This document shows positions 62,541 to 64,000 of a stretch of 64,000 nucleotides of DNA, one piece after another. Below the pieces are notes generated by a model. It made no database searches and was not told where the DNA came from. It saw nothing but the letters and a program-made list of their open reading frames with translations. This stretch comes from Candidatus Hodarchaeota archaeon (GTDB lineage Archaea > Asgardarchaeota > Heimdallarchaeia > Hodarchaeales > Hodarchaeaceae), in contig JAHQWW010000006.1 of assembly GCA_029856365.1 (NCBI GenBank), positions 1-64,000 on the forward strand. Reading direction: 5' to 3'. Position numbers and translations under genes: made by a program. Numbering within the stretch: the stretch's first letter is position 1; each line of letters begins with the position of its first letter.

Positions 62541-62696
62541 ATGGCACGACATAAACCTCATGCAAAAAAAATTCGCCTTGGTAAAAGAATAAATTCTAAC
62601 CAGACCGTTCCAACTTGGGTAATTATGAAAACTTCACGAAAAGTAACTACTCATCCGAAAAAAAGACAATGGCGTTCCACAAAAATAAAACCTTAA
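62541..62696 (+). CDS. rpl39e: 50S ribosomal protein eL39 (absent from ORF track, 51 aa)
   Basis: My translation [51 protein letters not shown]. Confidence 0.95.
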   Translation: MARHKPHAKKIRLGKRINSNQTVPTWVIMKTSRKVTTHPKKRQWRSTKIKP

Positions 62697-62714
62697 GTAT
62701 AGAAGGAGAATCTA

Positions 62715-62996
62715 ATGAGTGAAGCCTCATCTGACGCAGTAATAGAAGAAAGGATTTACACAATTCCGTTCAGTAAGGTAGTCTATGGTCGACGAATTCC
62801 TCGTCCTAGGAGAACTCCAAGAGCAATACGGCATCTTCGTGCTTTTGTTAGACGGCATCTTCGGTGTGATGCGGTTATTATTGACCCCGAAGTGAATGAG
62901 TTTATGTGGGCTCGTGGAATTCAACACCCACCAAGAAAAATCAGAATTCGTGCTGTAAAAACTGAAGATGATATTGTAACTGTTTATCTCGGATGA
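62715..62996 (+). CDS. rpl31e: 50S ribosomal protein eL31
   Basis: ERIYTIP, RTPRAI, WARGIQHPPRKIR. Confidence 0.96.
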   Translation: MSEASSDAVIEERIYTIPFSKVVYGRRIPRPRRTPRAIRHLRAFVRRHLRCDAVIIDPEVNEFMWARGIQHPPRKIRIRAVKTEDDIVTVYLG

Positions 62997-63058
62997 TATA
63001 CGATTTTTTATCTTTTTTCTACTTCAATTTAGACAATTCTTATTTGTGAGTCTTTAAC

Positions 63059-63709
63059 ATGGAAATTGAATTCATTGACTTTCTAGGTAGTATTCATATT
63101 GGGGTCAAAATATTATGTACGGAAAATAAGGCATTTCTACCAAACAATACTCCTTTAAATCTCAAAAATCTTGTCCATCGGACTTTGAAAGTTGAAATGA
63201 CCCAAATTTCAGATAATATTATAGGTTCTTTAGCTATAGGAAATTCTTTTGGAATTGTTGTTTCAAGTGTGATTAGTTCAGAGGTAATAGACGAAATAAA
63301 GTCAGCAGGTCTTCCAATCTATCAATCTTCGGAATTTTTTGCATTTGGTAATGTTGTACTTGCGAATGATTATAGTGGATTAATCTCTCCTATAGTTCCT
63401 CCTATAATTAGAAAAGAAATATCTGATACACTAAATATTCCTCTAGAAGCAAAGAAAATTGCAAATTCAGATTTAGTCGGAAGTCTTGCTTTTGTTACCA
63501 ATAATGGAGGATTGTTTACACCACTTGCCAGTGAAGAAGAGATTTCCGAGATAAAAGAAATACTCCACCTACAACAGGTAGGAGTTGGAAGTGTTAACAA
63601 AGGTTCTGAATTTGTGGCCTCTGGAATAACCGGAAACACTAAAGGAATGCTTATTGGGCGAGAAACAACAGGTATTGAGATTATGGAAATAACACGCTGT
63701 TTTTCTTAA
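63059..63709 (+). CDS. eif6: Translation initiation factor 6 (aIF6)
   Basis: GNVVLAND, VGSL..TNNGG, GSVNKG, TTGIEI; conserved position. Confidence 0.92.
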   Translation: MEIEFIDFLGSIHIGVKILCTENKAFLPNNTPLNLKNLVHRTLKVEMTQISDNIIGSLAIGNSFGIVVSSVISSEVIDEIKSAGLPIYQSSEFFAFGNVVLANDYSGLISPIVPPIIRKEISDTLNIPLEAKKIANSDLVGSLAFVTNNGGLFTPLASEEEISEIKEILHLQQVGVGSVNKGSEFVASGITGNTKGMLIGRETTGIEIMEITRCFS

Positions 63710-63808
63710 TGAATCAGAAAGATTACTCGAACGAATTGCGAATTAATATAAAGAAAGTAAAAAATCGAAGTGAATTGAAAAAAAGTCACCTATAAAGGGT
63801 AGAATAAC

Positions 63809-64000
63809 ATGAAAAATGATATAGCTGTTAAGATCTATAGAATCTTGGGATTTTTTAAACAAAGACGGGAAACAACCTCTTTTTCCAAAGAATTATGTGC
63901 CTTAACTGAAGAACAGGCCAAAGATAAGCTTTTTTCGGAATTTGGAAGCCGAAACCGTCTAAAAAGACGACAAATTCGAATTATTTCAATTGATGAGATT
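63809..64000 (+). CDS. rpl18a: 50S ribosomal protein eL20 (LX/L18a), truncated by window end
   Basis: My translation ...KIYRILG...FSKELCALTEEQAKDKLFSEFGSRNRLKRRQIRIISIDEI. Confidence 0.9.
   Translation, partial: MKNDIAVKIYRILGFFKQRRETTSFSKELCALTEEQAKDKLFSEFGSRNRLKRRQIRIISIDEI

Overview
AT-rich archaeal chromosome segment, inferred to be an Asgard archaeon (probably Heimdallarchaeia). The basis is eukaryotic-signature proteins (ribophorin I, Rab-like GTPase, Rpo5 with an RPB5-like N-terminal extension) among core archaeal information genes. The window is mostly housekeeping: ribosomal proteins, RNA polymerase subunits, SecY, and tRNA/rRNA modification enzymes, in heavily rearranged operons. 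Main findings: (1) a ~10 kb neighbourhood around secY encodes apparent homologues of four non-catalytic eukaryotic oligosaccharyltransferase subunits (RPN1, OST48/Wbp1, and two small 'hypotheticals' resembling DAD1/Ost2 and KCP2). (2) A Flp-like pilin lies head-to-head with a Rab-like GTPase/KaiC/Roadblock/FIST operon, with a Tad-like ATPase/platform locus elsewhere in the window. (3) There are tandem divergent EF-1alpha-family GTPases. (4) An unannotated box C/D sRNA has two guides matching the peptidyl-transferase centre. (5) Three tRNAs carry four non-canonical BHB introns. (6) An EMC3/TMCO1-family insertase carries a large inserted domain. All homology calls come from visual motif recognition and recalled reference sequences; no searches were run.
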